DNA from: Macrostomum lignano
Taxonomy: Eukaryota
Length of the DNA stretch: 64,000 bases
NCBI GenBank assembly: GCA_002269645.1
Contig: NIVC01000042.1
Span: 248,001-312,000 of the forward strand
Direction: 5' to 3'
Both the position numbers and the translations under genes were made by a program. The notes under the pieces were generated by a model. That model was given only the letters and a program-made list of their open reading frames with translations. It was not told the DNA's origin and ran no database searches. Positions 47,928-59,329 of the stretch are shown here, piece after piece (positions within the stretch are counted from its first letter, which is position 1; each line of letters opens with the position of its first letter).

Positions 47928-50900
47928 TGTAGTGTAGTTCAGTGCGATGTACGAGCGTACAATATTGGCGCGCAAATATTATTAGTCACGTGTTGCAATG
48001 TATTACGTAAGACTCACGCGCACTTACTCTTCACATATATAAATATACTTGCAGGGCAAGTCGGCCCATTTCTAAAATTCTTCGTGCACTCGCAAACCCT
48101 CCGATTTTGTCTGAGTCACTACATGGCGTCGCGAGCAAACTATTGACTGATCATCACTCTCTAACCCAGCGCGGTTCCAGCCACACAAACATGGCCCAAG
48201 CTTTGCAACTCACTGCACCAGATGCATTTGATATCGATAGCGATCCACTCACACGAGCCCAGAGATGGAAGACTTGGGCACGGAGGTTCAATAGCTACAT
48301 TCGCGCTGCTGGCATCACAGATGCGACACAACAGCTGGAGTTGCTGGTCTACACAGCGGGAGAGAAGTTGGAAGACTTTATGGAAGACAACAGTGTTCAA
48401 AAAGGAAAATCTACAAACGAGCTCATCCAAAAGCTACAAGAGATCTTCGACCAGAAAAACAGCGTCGTCTTCCTCCGGTACCAATTCGAGACCTGCAGAC
48501 AGGAGGAGGGGGAGTCCATCGATGCGTGGTACCATCGGCTGCGCAAGGCCGCGGATCAATGCGAATTCGGAGAACTACGGGACTCTCTCATCAGGGACAA
48601 GGTGGTCGCCCACTACCGATCGGAGAAGATCAGAAGGGAGCTCCTTCAGCTGAACGATATCTGTCTAGCTGACGTACTGAAGCGAATCCGAGCAAGGGAA
48701 GCTGCGGAGCAACAGGCTCAGGCCATGGAAGAAAACAGCTCAGGTGGCGCCGCCGCCATGACGACCGCGAACGTGGCTGCGCTAGGCCCACCCCGAGCAC
48801 GACCGTCGCAGCCATTCAGAAGGGATCCTGCAATGAAGGACGGTGGCATCAGCTGCGAGCGCTGCGGACGGCCGGGTCATCGAACGTGCGAGGCTGCTAG
48901 AGACAAGGCATGTCGACGCTGCGGTAAGATTGGCCATTTCGCCCGGGCATGTCGGGGAACGTCCAGAATACCCGTGAGAGCTGTCAACGAACCGGACGAT
49001 CGCTCCTACGGGCAAGTCGAATATCTGCAGGACAACTCCACTGAGCACGAGCTTTTCAGCCTCCGAAATAGCGGATCAGCATGGACTCAAGCCACCGTCA
49101 ACGGATTCAAGACAACCCTGCTTATCGACAGTGGAGCGGCCTGCAACATCATCGACAGGGAGGCCTTCGAAAGGATGCCACAGAAGGCCAGGCTCCAAGC
49201 AGCCAGTGATCGGGTCTATCCCTATGGAAGCCAACAGCCACTGAAGCTGCTCGGCAAGACCGACCTACAGGTCAGCGTTTTCGGTTGCCAGGAGACGCTT
49301 CCGTTCCTGGTGCTGGACGGAAAGGGTGCTTGCATAATAGGCCGCAGGAGCGCGGAAGACCTAGGAGTTCTGCGAGTCGGCCCGGAAGACAAGGCAGCGT
49401 GTGAGCTACGCTTGGAGTGTCCGACTGACAGGCTGCTAGCCGGCGTTCCAAAAGACCTTCGGCAGTCCCCAGGTGCTCCATCTTTAGACGAAATCCTCAA
49501 GGAAAATGCACAGGCCTTCGACGGAATCGGCTGTCTTAAGAACTACGCAGCCCGCATCTTCCTGGAAGAGGGCGCAAGACCAGTGTGCCATCCACCATCA
49601 AGAGTGCCAATTCACCTCGCCCCAGCAGTGGACGCCGAGCTCCAGTACCTAGAAGAACAAGGCATCATTGAGCCAGTGGAGGGACCCTGCCCGTGGGTTT
49701 CTCGTATCGTCGTCGTCCCCAAAGAAGCTCCTGGCGAGATCAGGATCACTCAGGATCTGAGGGAGCTAAACAAGTCTGTCGTCAGGGAGCGACACCCAAT
49801 ACCGACCTTTGAGGAGGTAACAGGCGACATGGCAGGAGCGACGCTGTTCTCAGAGTTGGACGTCGCAAAAGCATTCTATCAAATCCCTGTGTCAGAGGAG
49901 TGCCGGCATCTTCTAACTTTTTCAACGCCTCGAGGTCTTCGGCGGCTGACGAGACTCTGCATGGGGCTATCAACGGCGCAGGAAATTCTTCAAGCTGTTA
50001 TGTCATCCGTGCTGGCTGGACTTTCAAAAGTAAAATGGATCCACGATGACATTATTGTCTATGGCCACAGCGTGGCGGAGCATCACAACAATCTGCGGGA
50101 GTGCCTCCAGCGGCTGGCGCAGCACGGACTGACGCTCAACCCGGCCAAGTGCAAGCTGGTACGAACGCAAGTCACCTTCATGGGGATGCGATTGTCGAAG
50201 GACGGAGTCAGGCCAACCGAGTCAAAGCTAGAGGCAGTTAATGCATTTGCAGAGCCAACGAATGTCACGGAGGTGCGCTCGTTCTTGGGACTTGTCAACT
50301 ACCTGGCCGCATTCACCCCGAGGCTGGCGGACCTGGCAAAGCCGCTGCGCAACCTGACAAGGAAGGGCCAGCCCTGGGCATGGGCCGATCTGGAAAGACA
50401 AGCCTTCAGCGACATCAAGTCTCAAATCGCGTCAAGTGGCTCTCTTGCCTTTTTCAACCATCGCCTTCCGACGCAACTCATTGTCGACGCTGGGCCAGCG
50501 GGGCTGGGTGCAATCCTGTCACAGACACAATCGGACGGAACCAGGCGGCCCATCGCATACGCTAGCCGGACACTGTCGGACGTTGAGCAACGCTATTCCC
50601 AAACAGAGAAAGAGGCGTTGGCCGTGAAGTTCGGCTGTTTAAAGTTTCAATTCTACCTCCACGGCGCGCCGATGTTCACGGTGCAAACCGACCACAAGCC
50701 ACTGGTTGCTCTGTTCGGCAGCAGTTCGAGACCCCCTCCGAGAATCGAAAGGATGGCATTGCGCATTCAGCATATGAAATTCACAGTCGAGTACCAGCCG
50801 GGCCCGCTCAACCCGGCAGACGTGCTCAGCCGACAGCCACTGCCGACACCCGCACCGAATGTGGGCGAAGAGCTGGATGCACTTTCCATCGCCGCTGTTG

Positions 50901-52571
50901 TACAGGCGGCCGTATAATTTGCGCTGTCACTGACCAGCGTACAGAACAGCTCGCAAAAGGACGCAACAATTCAAGCGGCGATTCGCGCCTTAGAGACAGG
51001 GCGGTGGAGCCTGGAGTCAGCAGAACTGCGGTCGCTGCATGCGCTGCGTCACGAACTGTCGGCAGTGGACGGGGTGCTCCTACGGGGCCAGCGGATCATC
51101 GTCCCGGTGGCGCTCCGACGGCTTGTACTGGATCTAGCGCACCGGGGGCACCAGTGCACACGTAAGACGCTGGACCGGCTGAACACCAAGGTCTGGTGGC
51201 CAAGGATGCAACTGGAGACGGAGCGCTTCATAGCCACGTGCCGGGCCTGCCTGGCGACCTCGCATGCCGCTGACGTGACTGCATCACCGCTAAAGCCGAC
51301 GCCCATCCCGAAGGCGGCCTGGCTGACGCTCGGGCGGATCTGCTAGGACCCATTCAAGGCAGCATGCTGCTAGTCTGCGTCGATCAATACTCCCGATTTC
51401 CCGAGGTGGAGGTTGTCCAGACCACGACGGCTGAGGCGCTAATCCCTCGACTGAGGAGTTCATTCGTCCGGTTTGGAATCCCTCAAACGTTAGTTACTGA
51501 CAACGGCCCACCGTTCTCTTCAGCCCAGTTCAAGAGCTTCCTGGACAGCTACGGAATTCGGCAGCGCCTCATCACACCGTTACATCCACAGGCCAACGGC
51601 GCCACCGAGCGTTTGAATCGTTCCATCAACAAGGTGGTGCGCGCTGCGATCGCACAGAAGCGCGACTGGAGAGCGGCCCTTGACGAGTGGCTGCTGGCCT
51701 ATCGGTGCACGCCTCAGCGAACAACTGGACGGGCGCCTGCCGAGCTCCTCATGGGTCGCGTGCTGAACGACTCCATCCCGTCGGTCAGACCGTCGAGACC
51801 GGTGGCCATCGCAGACCGGCAGCTTCGGCAGCGCGACGCACTTCGAAAGGCGCAAGGCAAGCTCTACACAGACCGGAAGCGACTGGCGAGACCGCACAAG
51901 CTCAAGGTTGGCGACACAGTGCTGCGGCGGCGACTGAATCCGCTCAAGGGAGACACGCCGTTCGAGTGGGACCCCTGGCTCATCGAGGAGATCAAGGCGG
52001 ACTCGGCGACGATACGACAGGGTGTCAGAGTTTGCAGGCGGCACTGCACCGACCTAAAGCGAGTGGCACCGGAGTCCGAGCCTGACAATCTGGGCGAGCT
52101 GGCAGCGATGCCGCAACCGGAAGTGAATGCGCCTCCGCCGCAGCCAGCCGCAGGCGAGCGAGCGGCCTCGCCCATTGCGTTGCGGCCACATCCCCGGGCG
52201 GCGAAGGTGAACGTGAACTACAAGGCTTGAAAAGGTTTTTGTTAAACGGTAGCATCTGATTTTTTTTATTTTTTGCTGGACTTTTGCTAAAATTGTAACA
52301 TAATGAAATTTAACAAAAACAGATTTTTTAAACCCAACTTTAAAAGTTTGCTTTTAAGCCGTATTTGAGGAGAGATGTAGTGTAGTTCAGTGCGATGTAC
52401 GAGCGTACAATATTGGCGCGCAAATATTTTTAGTCACGTGTTGCAATGTATTACGTAAGACTCACGCGCACTTACTCTTCACATATATAAATATACTTGC
52501 AGGGCAAGTCGGCCCATTTCTAAAATTCTTCGTGCACTCGCAAACCCTCCGGTTTTGTCTGAGTCACTACA
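47928..52571 (+). mobile_element. Ty3/Gypsy LTR retrotransposon (Mag-like), full length
   Basis: LTRs 47928-48123 and 52376-52571 (196 bp, 2 mismatches, TGTAGTG...CACTACA), 5-bp TSD TTACT, PBS-like TGGCGTCGCG at 48124, PPT GAGGAGAGA, domain order gag(2 CCHC)-PR-RT-RH-IN. Confidence 0.98.
48191..52230 (+). pseudogene. Gypsy gag-pol polyprotein with an in-frame stop (50915-50917) and a frameshift (about 51333)
   Basis: CERCGRPGHRTC and CRRCGKIGHFARAC knuckles, LIDSGA protease, WIHDDII RT, VDAGPAGLGA RNase H, H-H-C-C zinc finger and VDQYSRF...VTDNGP...GATER integrase. Confidence 0.93.
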
Positions 52572-55500
52572 TTACTCAGCCCCGATGAAGCTGAAAGCAT
52601 GCTGATCACTTCTTCAACAGCAATCCAGTTGGGGTTTTCGCTCGTCTCTTCCTCCACTCCGTAAAGTCGATTTTCACTTCCGTGAGTGAGGATGGCGACA
52701 ACTGCGCAGCTGCCGCACTCCTGAGAGAAATCCTCCTCCACGGCTTTTCTCATATCAGAAGCCTTCAAATCGTGTTTCACATTTATGCTTGCCTCCGCAA
52801 ATCCTAGCCTATGAAACAGGTGGGCCAAGTTTTCGCAGTCGATTCTCGTGCCTCTTCGGCGGCTTTGTCGGTCGAATCTCTCATTACTGATAATGAGGAC
52901 CTTTCCATCGCCAGTGTTTTCGTAGCAGGCGTCCATATCGGAGACCGGCAATGGTGAAAATCTTGGCTTGTCTTTAAACATCGGGTCATTCTTCAGGAGC
53001 TTGTCTTCGAACCGGAACGCCTCGATTCGGAGGTCCGAGTTGTCTGAAAGCCCCTTGTGGAAGAAGTCCTTCTTAGTGTTGTTTGGGGTCAGCTTTTTAA
53101 CAATATATTCTACTGGAGCACATTTGCCAGGATTATCTGGGTCGTCCCTGTGCTCGATCTCATCCTTCAGGTTGTTCAAGAAGGAGCTCATGTTATTGCA
53201 GTCGCCTCTTTTGTATATCAGTGCCACGTTGGGGTGGTTACGCTTCCAATCTTCTTCAGATCTCGATTTGATGTCACTTGCCTCTTTTGTAGCGACGTCG
53301 AATAGCGGATCGCCTGGATCAATAAGCCGACAGAATATTAGTAGCTTAGGCGTGTCTAGGTGATACTTTTCCGATATTGCTTGCAACACATGATACAGCG
53401 TGGTAACCAATTCGTTTGGATCGTTTGGATCGTGACGATCTCCAGCAATAATGAGAAACACACTGAGTCTGCGTTGATCTTTTGTGTCACTAATCATAGA
53501 AGAAGTGATTCCTTGTTTACAGCTAAACCTGCTTTCGGTATCCAGTCCAATGCTTTTAAACAGCTGCTCATATTGTTCTAAAGCTTTGTAGTTGTCTTCA
53601 CGTTTATCCAGCTCCAAGTCTTCGTAAATATGAGCGGCTCCGCGGATGTACTTAAGACCTAAAATTTAATATGGGCTAAGTTGTCTTACGGTTTAACTGT
53701 TTGAGTCTATTTTGAAGAGTTCAATGGGAAGTCCCTATCATGCGGTACCCTGATCGCTCAAACTGCCCAAGACATAAAATGCGTCACAAAAGTGCAGACT
53801 AGCAATTCACCTGTGCCAGCCAGGCTGTCCTCCGGCGGAACTCCATCCGAAGCCTCTGGAGTCCGTTCAGAAAGCTTTCCTGCCAAAACGGAGACAAAGA
53901 AAAAATTGCTCATACTCGAAGGAAGTAGACAAGGTACTTGAGTCACTTAAAAACTTTGTGAACTTCGCATTCAAGCGTTCTCAGTTTTTAAAAAAGTCTC
54001 AACTATTCATGGCCTCATTTTTCAATATTTCTGCTACTGAAAGTGAAACCTCAAAACCATAAACAGTGCCCGTTATGTATTATGCTCCCAATCAGCGCTA
54101 GAATTTTAGCGTAAAATAAAATTACCAGCAGCAGCCATTTCGAATTGCAGTTCCGATTTCTTGCAGACCACCAAAATACGGACAGGAATCGACAAGGTCC
54201 TTAAAGCCAGAGAATGGGAGATCAATTACTCTATAGAAAAATGTCAGTTGAGTACCACTCTAAAACAACGGATTGTTAGTTAACTAACAACCAAGGATTA
54301 GATTGCTCAGAAACTTACCTTTCCACCTTTTAGTTACGTGCTTAAATTAACCTAGCTTTTAGATAGAAAGGGAACTTCAGAAAAACTAAATGCACAGTGA
54401 TAGCGTACACTTGTACATTACTTGTAGTCAGACAATAGCTTTGCTTGCTTTTACCCGGGGAGGGAGGGTTTGAAAAAAATGCCGCAAAGCAAAGCCACCC
54501 AAAACATAGGCAAGCTTCAATGCATTGTACAGTGCTGGATTGGGATGGTACTGAGTAAGTCGTATGCTGCCCCCTCTCTCGTGCTGCCCAATAAAATTCA
54601 ACTCGCACTACAGTATCTTGATTACGAAAAAGAGAAACGGGAATTGCTTTGTGACAATTTCAAAAAATTGAATTTGACCAAAGTTTATCTACGAAGCAAG
54701 GACAACTTAAGTAGAGTCAAGAGACAAGATGACAAGAGTCTGAGTCATCTTGTCATTATTTTAAACGTTTTTTTCAAGTGACAGACCAATTTAACATGAA
54801 AAATCGATTGATGCGTCGTTAGAGCAGCATGTGAGGCACAAAATAGTGTGATTAGAACTTTCTCTGACACTGTTAAGAGACCCAATCACTGTTTTGGTGT
54901 TGAAAATCGTGAAATTTCCTATCTCCGTAGTGTATTTTTCCGGTGAAACCTGCCTTTAAAACTATTTCTGAACGAAAAGCTTTATGAATATCGATAGAGC
55001 AATAAGAAAGGCACAACATATCCAAAGATGAACACTGGATCTGCCTCCTATCAAAATCAATAACAATTTTTGTGCTGAAAAAATTAAAACCTCCTATCTC
55101 TGTAGTGTATTTTTCGACGAAAAGTTGCCTTCAAAACATTTACCATAGATCTCGAGTGTAGCGTCCTATATATATGTTACTTTGAGTAGTCCTTGCTACG
55201 AAGTACCTATGTCTTCTTAAAGCATATTTTCTTAGCTTTCATATGAGGCAGGCTAAAGTACGTAAAAGTATATTTTTCACATTGTTTTAGTGAAGCTCGG
55301 AAAAGCCAAAAAGACTGTGATACGCTCGTATTCCAATTTAACTCCTTGGAAGCTTGGCATTTTGGCAAAAATCGCCGGCGATTCATGCCGATTTAGTCAC
55401 TCTTAATGAGGCTAGTGAGGTAAGGAGATGATCGTCTACAACTAGGTTGAGCAGTTTGAAGCAGACAGGACTGTCCAAATTTCGCTGATTTGCCCTGGTC

Positions 55501-56306
55501 GGTCCACCCATGTGCTCTAGGCTCCAATGCTCTCGCTGATCGAGTTCTCGATATCCTGGATGAGCACTGCCGGCTATGCAGACAGACTGGACACCCGGAG
55601 CACAACACTAAAAAGCCAACGTTTCTGTCATTCACCCTGCGTGTCTCTTTCCATTGTTTCCCATTGAGAACAACAGAAAAACAGTAGAAACTGTTGAAAA
55701 AACGGGCAACAATTATAAAAAGACCTAAACTCTCTTGAGAGGTTGGGATTAGGATACACTGCAAGTACATATCCAATTGCACTGACAAATCACATAGAAA
55801 TATGATGCTCATATTTTTGCACCGATAATCAGGAGATAAACCATAAACCACAGATAAACCACAGACGAAAAAACTGTGACATCAAGCCCGACAAGGATTT
55901 ACGAGTACAAGCGCACGTAAAACACCACGTCTTACAGATCAATAACTGATGGAGCATGTGAAGGTGGAAGACAAGGATCGCTCTTGAGGGTCATCTTATT
56001 ATGCACGTGGCTGTGTGAGTCAGTAAAGTCAGTAAAAGCTGGAATAATAAATGATCTGCATTTCCTTTTAAATCATTGCCGCGTTTTCTTATGTGTTTTT
56101 TTCGCATGCATAAATTTTCGCTTCAATTTTTACTTAGTTTCCCAAAGCTCGGGGTTAACAGCTGTAGGTTGGCAGTTATCTACAGCTGTTACTGTGACGA
56201 GTTTACCTATTTACCCACGGTATGTATGTAACTTTAAGCTACTATTGTGACGCCTTGAAAAGATTTTTCGAACCTCTGAATATACTTAATGTGACGTGTA
56301 TAGTTT

Positions 56307-56384
56307 GTATGTATGTATGTATGTATGTATGTATGTATGTATGTATGTATGTATGTATGTATGTATGTATGTATGTATGTATTG

Positions 56385-56415
<31 letters not shown>

Positions 56416-56642
56416 TGTATGTATGTATGTATGTATGTATGTATGTATGTATGTATGTATGTATGTATGTATGTATGTATGTATGTATGTATGTATGTAT
56501 GTATGTATGTATGTATGTATGTATACATGTATGTATGTATGTATGTATGTATGTATGTATGTATGTATGTATGTATGTATGTATGTATGTATGTATGTAT
56601 GTATGTATGTATGTATGTATGTATGTATGTATGTATGTATTG

Positions 56643-56673
<31 letters not shown>

Positions 56674-56797
56674 TGTGTGTATGTATATATACGTATGTAT
56701 GTATATATGTATGTATACATGTATGTATGTATGTATGTATGTATGTATATATGTATGTATGTATATATGTATGTATGTATATATGTATGTATGTATG

Positions 56798-56828
<31 letters not shown>

Positions 56829-56845
56829 ATATGTATGTATGTATG

Positions 56846-56876
<31 letters not shown>

Positions 56877-56881
56877 ATATG

Positions 56882-56915
<34 letters not shown>

Positions 56916-56996
56916 TGTATGTATGTATGTATGTATGTATGTATGTATGTATGTATGTACGTACGTATGTATGTATGTATGTATGTATGTATGTTT
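56307..56996. repeat. (TATG)n microsatellite, about 690 bp
   Basis: Direct observation. Confidence 0.99.
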
Positions 56997-57141
56997 GTTT
57001 GTAACTTAACTCCTCCAAGGCTACTTGCAAGTTAGCGTTGAAACTTTTATGGGAAAACTGCAAGCAAACTATAAAGATATCATGTTCAAAGGATATATAT
57101 GCCTTCTAACCAAAACAAAAAAGTCAAATCTGACTACCTAC

Positions 57142-58149
57142 CCAGTCATCGTGGGTACCATCATGCGAAGCCCTCGATCCTCCTCACTACACTTCCAACA
57201 TAAATTTTCGTTATTAGATGCCCTAAGGAGCAAGTTTCGCCACATCTTCAAGCGAGTCCGTGAATTAGCAGTAGCGTCAAGCAGCGTCGAATGGAGCTGA
57301 GGGTATAATAAAAGGAAATCAATATAATAAAATAATGATATGCAACATTTATCATGCAAACAATAGTCATTAGTCATCAGCTACATAGTTTATAAAAAAA
57401 CTAGTAATCTTCCAGACAGAACAGAATCAATTTGAACAAAGAGCAAAATAATTGTCGAAGCGTGTCGAAATTGGGCTTTTTTAACAGTTAGTGGCACAGC
57501 TTGGCAAAAACTGTCCTGTCGATGCCGGATTGAAATGTTTTTTCAAAGGTCCCCTATTATTTACATTGGTGATCGTCACTTTCTGCGGTGATCGTTAACC
57601 GAGGGAATGAAGACACACTTAATGAAAAAAATTGCCATTTGAAGCAGTTAAGTTTTGTGCTTAAATGTACCTTTTAATGCCGTAAAATTGCTTCGTTATT
57701 CGCAAGGAATATTATCGCATCTGCTCCCGTTACACAGCCTTAGCGGAAAGGAACAGTAACGTTATTTGAAAGACTAACGACTAAGGACTATTCATAGAAT
57801 TTAGAAAGTAATATTTCATCGACCCAATAACATCGAATAATAATCATTTAAAAAAAAATTGAGCGATTCAGCTTTTAGAAAAATGATTAGAAACTGCAGT
57901 CGAAATGCCTTGAAGGTCTAGGGTAGTAAAGAATATTAGAGAGAGCTATGTTAGATATGCTAGATATAACAGTTACTATATTCTAGATACGACCTACTAC
58001 TGCAGTTGTCATATTCTAGACTATACTACCCTAGACCCTCATCGATGAACTATGGAAATGTGCGTGCGTGAACCTAATACTTACCTGTTGCAGCTTTTCT
58101 AGCAATTCAGCTGTATACTGATGTTCAGCCCCACGAAAAAGTAGGTCAT
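57142..58149 (-). CDS. Putative exons of an unassigned minus-strand gene: 58149-58085 and 57296-57142
   Basis: Canonical donors (GTAAGT, GTAGGT) and acceptors; phase-0 join gives DDLLFRGAEHQYTAELLEKLQQ|LHSTLLDATANSRTRLKMWRNLL; no family recognised. Confidence 0.35.
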
Positions 58150-58504
58150 CTTCACAATGAATCAGAAAAGCAGTATTACTAATTTACATAGTTAAGATTG
58201 GTTTTATATTACCTACAACAAATATTAAAATGATCAGGAACCAATGTTTCACAAGGCTAAAGAAATCTAATTCCATTTTATGTAATAGTACACGAATTTA
58301 TTGCCCGCTAAGGTCTCCCAGACTTCTAAAAAGATATTAGATCATTAGGATTATTAGATGAGTACCACGTAGAATTAATGGCTACTTACAATGACACTGA
58401 TCCAACACCGCTTGTTGAGAAGTGAATCGCGATCAAAGCGTCTGATGCAGAATATTCCATGCTTTTCTTCGGTTGAGAAACAAGTTATAAGCTCCTCTTT
58501 TGTG

Positions 58505-58975
58505 AAAATTTCCTCGTCTCTCTGCTTCTTTCGCTTCGCCTATTCCGCTTCCTCGTCTCTCTGCTTTAATCGCTTCTTCGAATCCTCATCGTCTCTATGC
58601 TTCGAGTGCTTCTTCGAATCCTCATCGTCTCTATGCTTCGAGTGCTTCTTCGAATCCTCATCGTCTCTATGCTTCGAGTGCTTCTTCGAATCCTCATCGT
58701 CTCTATGCTTCGAGTGCTTCTTCGAATCCTCATCGTCTCTATGCTTCGAGTGCTTCTTCGAATCCTCATCGTCTCTATGTTTCGAGTGCTTCTTCGAATC
58801 CTCATCGTCTCTATGTTTCGAGTGCTTCTTCGAATCCTCATCGTCTCTATGCTTCGAGTGCTTCTTCGAATCCTCATCGTCTCTCTGCTTCTTTCGCTTC
58901 GCCTCTTCCACTTCCTCGTCTCTCTGCTTCTTTTGCTTCGCCTCTTCCACTTCCTCGTCTCTCTGCTTCGATCGC
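58505..58975 (-). repeat. 33-bp tandem repeat encoding a charged (DDEDSKKHSKHR-like) 11-aa unit on the minus strand
   Basis: Tandem array inside ORF 58540-59052; one copy carries a TAG in place of GAG; probably the low-complexity tail of the adjacent transposase relic. Confidence 0.85.
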
Positions 58976-59329
58976 TTTGCTTCTTCCTCGTTTGTCTGCT
59001 TTGATTGTTTTGTCTCTTCATTGTCTCTCTGATTCGCTCGATCATTCGACATCCGAAGTTTGTACTTTCGTTTTTTGCTGCTTCAAGCTGCTTCTAGCTA
59101 GTTTGACCTTTTTAGGTCGTTTTCTCGACCAGCCGTCTCCATCCGGGTTTTTTGATGAATTCGTCGACTTTCGTTTTCGAGCGCGCCTTGGCTGAAGCAC
59201 AGTTTTTGATTGGCGCTCTAGACGCTTTAATCTAGAGTCACCTCCAGCTCTTCTATTACAAATATCGCCAATTGCAGACGAGATCCGGAGGCAGGCAATA
59301 CTCGACTTTTGCACCATCTGAACCAGGCT

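Larger units (their letters stand above)
47108..53879 (-). pseudogene. Caspase-like gene (degenerate caspase fold + caspase + coiled coil) interrupted by a Gypsy insertion. Exons 53879-53811, 53658-47464 (excluding the insertion), 47384-47108; 5' exon not found
   Basis: Removing 47928-52571 and one TSD restores ...LSASSGLSKKPKFLIVNACRD; catalytic ILTHG (His at 52683-52685) and Cys at 47892-47894; p10 motifs GLIVAYST, GSRLISSLCWVF, TRKFYL; splice phases 1/1/2 consistent. Confidence 0.85.

Noticed and set aside
54319-54351. Candidate 5' coding exon of the caspase-like gene
   Set aside because: Good donor but stops in all three phases with the nearest acceptor; could only be UTR
55490-55800. 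Possible THAP-domain relic (RVSFHCFP)
   Set aside because: Only one short motif, stops follow and no other THAP residues align
56222-57063. MYVC / YIHT repeat ORFs
   Set aside because: (TATG)n microsatellite
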